From Eledone cirrhosa (lineage: Eukaryota), in contig OZ024741.1 of NCBI GenBank assembly GCA_964016885.1, positions 197,842,001 through 197,906,000 on the forward strand: DNA of 64,000 nucleotides, in the 5' to 3' direction. Of the stretch, positions 61,632 through 64,000 are shown piece after piece. Positions within the stretch are counted from its first letter, which is position 1. Each line of letters begins with the position of its first letter. Both the position numbers and the translations under genes were made by a program. A model generated the notes under the pieces. That model had not been told where the DNA came from, searched no databases, and saw nothing but the letters and a program-made list of their open reading frames with translations.

Positions 61632-61662
61632 TATGGTGAACTAAATGTTGTGTAACCACTTC

Positions 61663-62921
<1,259 letters not shown>

Positions 62922-63079
62922 TACAAGTTTAAATAAGTGAACAAATGTATGTCCCTATACATACACACACATAAAGATACACACAAAGACATATATATAT
63001 ATATATATATGTCTTTGTGTGTATCTTTATGTTTGTGCATGTATAGGGACATATATTTGTTCACTTATTTAAACTTGTA
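62922..63079. repeat. Inverted repeat around a (TA)n spacer
   Basis: tacaagtttaaataagtgaac ... gttcacttatttaaacttgta. Confidence 0.88.
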
Positions 63080-63379
63080 GGGGTTGCAGTGGAAATAGGT
63101 CTATACAAATTGTGTTAAGAAGTCTGATACGCTGAAGTATTGTGATGCTTATACCTCCATATTCAGCATGCTTCGTGCATCCCCCATATATACATTTGTT
63201 TGCGTGTGTGTGAACATATATGAATTCACACACACACACACTCAAATACACACATACACATATGTATGTACATATACATGTGTGTATGTGTATAAATTCT
63301 CGCGCCCGGAACTCTACCTCATTAATATATATTTATATATACTATATATATAATTGTTTCTACTTTTTTTTTGGCTAAG

Positions 63380-63480
63380 TAATAAGTCTTCCTCCTTTGG
63401 AGTTTCACCTGTGTAATCACGATATCATCAGACAAGACTGATGAGTACACAGGTGAAACACCAAAGTAATAAGACTAATT
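63380..63480. repeat. Short inverted repeat of two degenerate HHR cores
   Basis: CTGATGA gtacacaggt GAAA c on the plus strand; CTGATGA...tacacaggt GAAA c on the minus strand. Confidence 0.55.
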
Positions 63481-63539
63481 ACTTACCCAGAATTAAGAAT
63501 ATTACACTCGACTGCGGTACTGAAGTTGAAAGTCACTTT

Positions 63540-64000
63540 CAACCCTTTCAATACATCTATCGCATGCAGTTCTCTGGCTACAACCAAAGAGACAAAATCA
63601 GGGTGTATATAGGGACCACAACAAAATACAAGACCCTCATAGAGATGGGCATGAAATTGATTATTCCGCTGTGCAGGAGCAAATTATGGAATAGCATAGA
63701 CAGGATTAGGCAAAAGACAGGGAAAGCCATCTCATGGTACAACAACCAGCGATATCAGAGTGTCATGTTTATGGATGCAACCCCTGGAGGTGAACTAGCT
63801 AGTCAATTTAGAAAGAGCCTAAGAAAAACCTATTTAAATATCAAGAAAAGCCAGGAATAACTATAAAACCCCTGATCAACAAAATTACCTCTTTAAGAAA
63901 ACCCTCTGTACAAATAAGAAATGTGTAATATGTAGAGTAAGTACACAAATAAATTGTAAAACTACAAATGTAGTCTATAGCATAAGATGCACAGAGGGTA
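63540..64000 (+). mobile_element. PLE fragment related to 26726-28600, running off the window
   Basis: RMQFSGYNQRDKIRVY, YQSVMFMDATPGGELA, NCKTTNVVYSIRC. Confidence 0.88.

Larger units (their letters stand above)
59978..61662. mobile_element. Nematis-like PLE as an inverted pair (minus arm to ~60773, plus arm after), each arm with GIY-YIG, 3' UTR and HHR
   Basis: GCSCRKPEACPLQQQC, SYVGMAEGRFKE on both strands; HHRs at 60074-60113 (-) and 61592-61631 (+). Confidence 0.92.

Overview
This is eukaryotic, very AT-rich, repeat-dominated DNA. The (TA)n/(CA)n/(CATA)n load and the SINE and Penelope content suggest a mollusc such as an octopus (inference). I see no intact protein-coding gene; nearly all listed ORFs ([12 protein letters not shown]) are microsatellite translations. 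The window is a mosaic of decayed transposons: several families of Penelope-like retroelements (PLEs; RT plus C-terminal GIY-YIG), an R4/Dong-type LINE, RTE, CRE and RNase H-bearing LINE fragments, two mariner remnants, non-autonomous Helitrons and a tRNA-derived SINE family. The main signal not shown by the ORF track is about 20 type I hammerhead ribozyme (HHR) motifs from roughly a dozen unrelated sequence families. They sit in short, mostly non-coding, (TA)n-flanked modules, many arranged as inverted repeats whose turning point falls inside the ribozyme. One family (3 copies) has a ~95-nt branched, covarying domain in stem II, and one locus has two tandem HHRs 402 nt apart. Two phase-compatible candidate host exons (74-177 and 57343-57451) suggest most of the window could be one ~57-kb intron. 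All calls were read by eye, coordinates of decayed elements are approximate, and no ribozyme activity is demonstrated.
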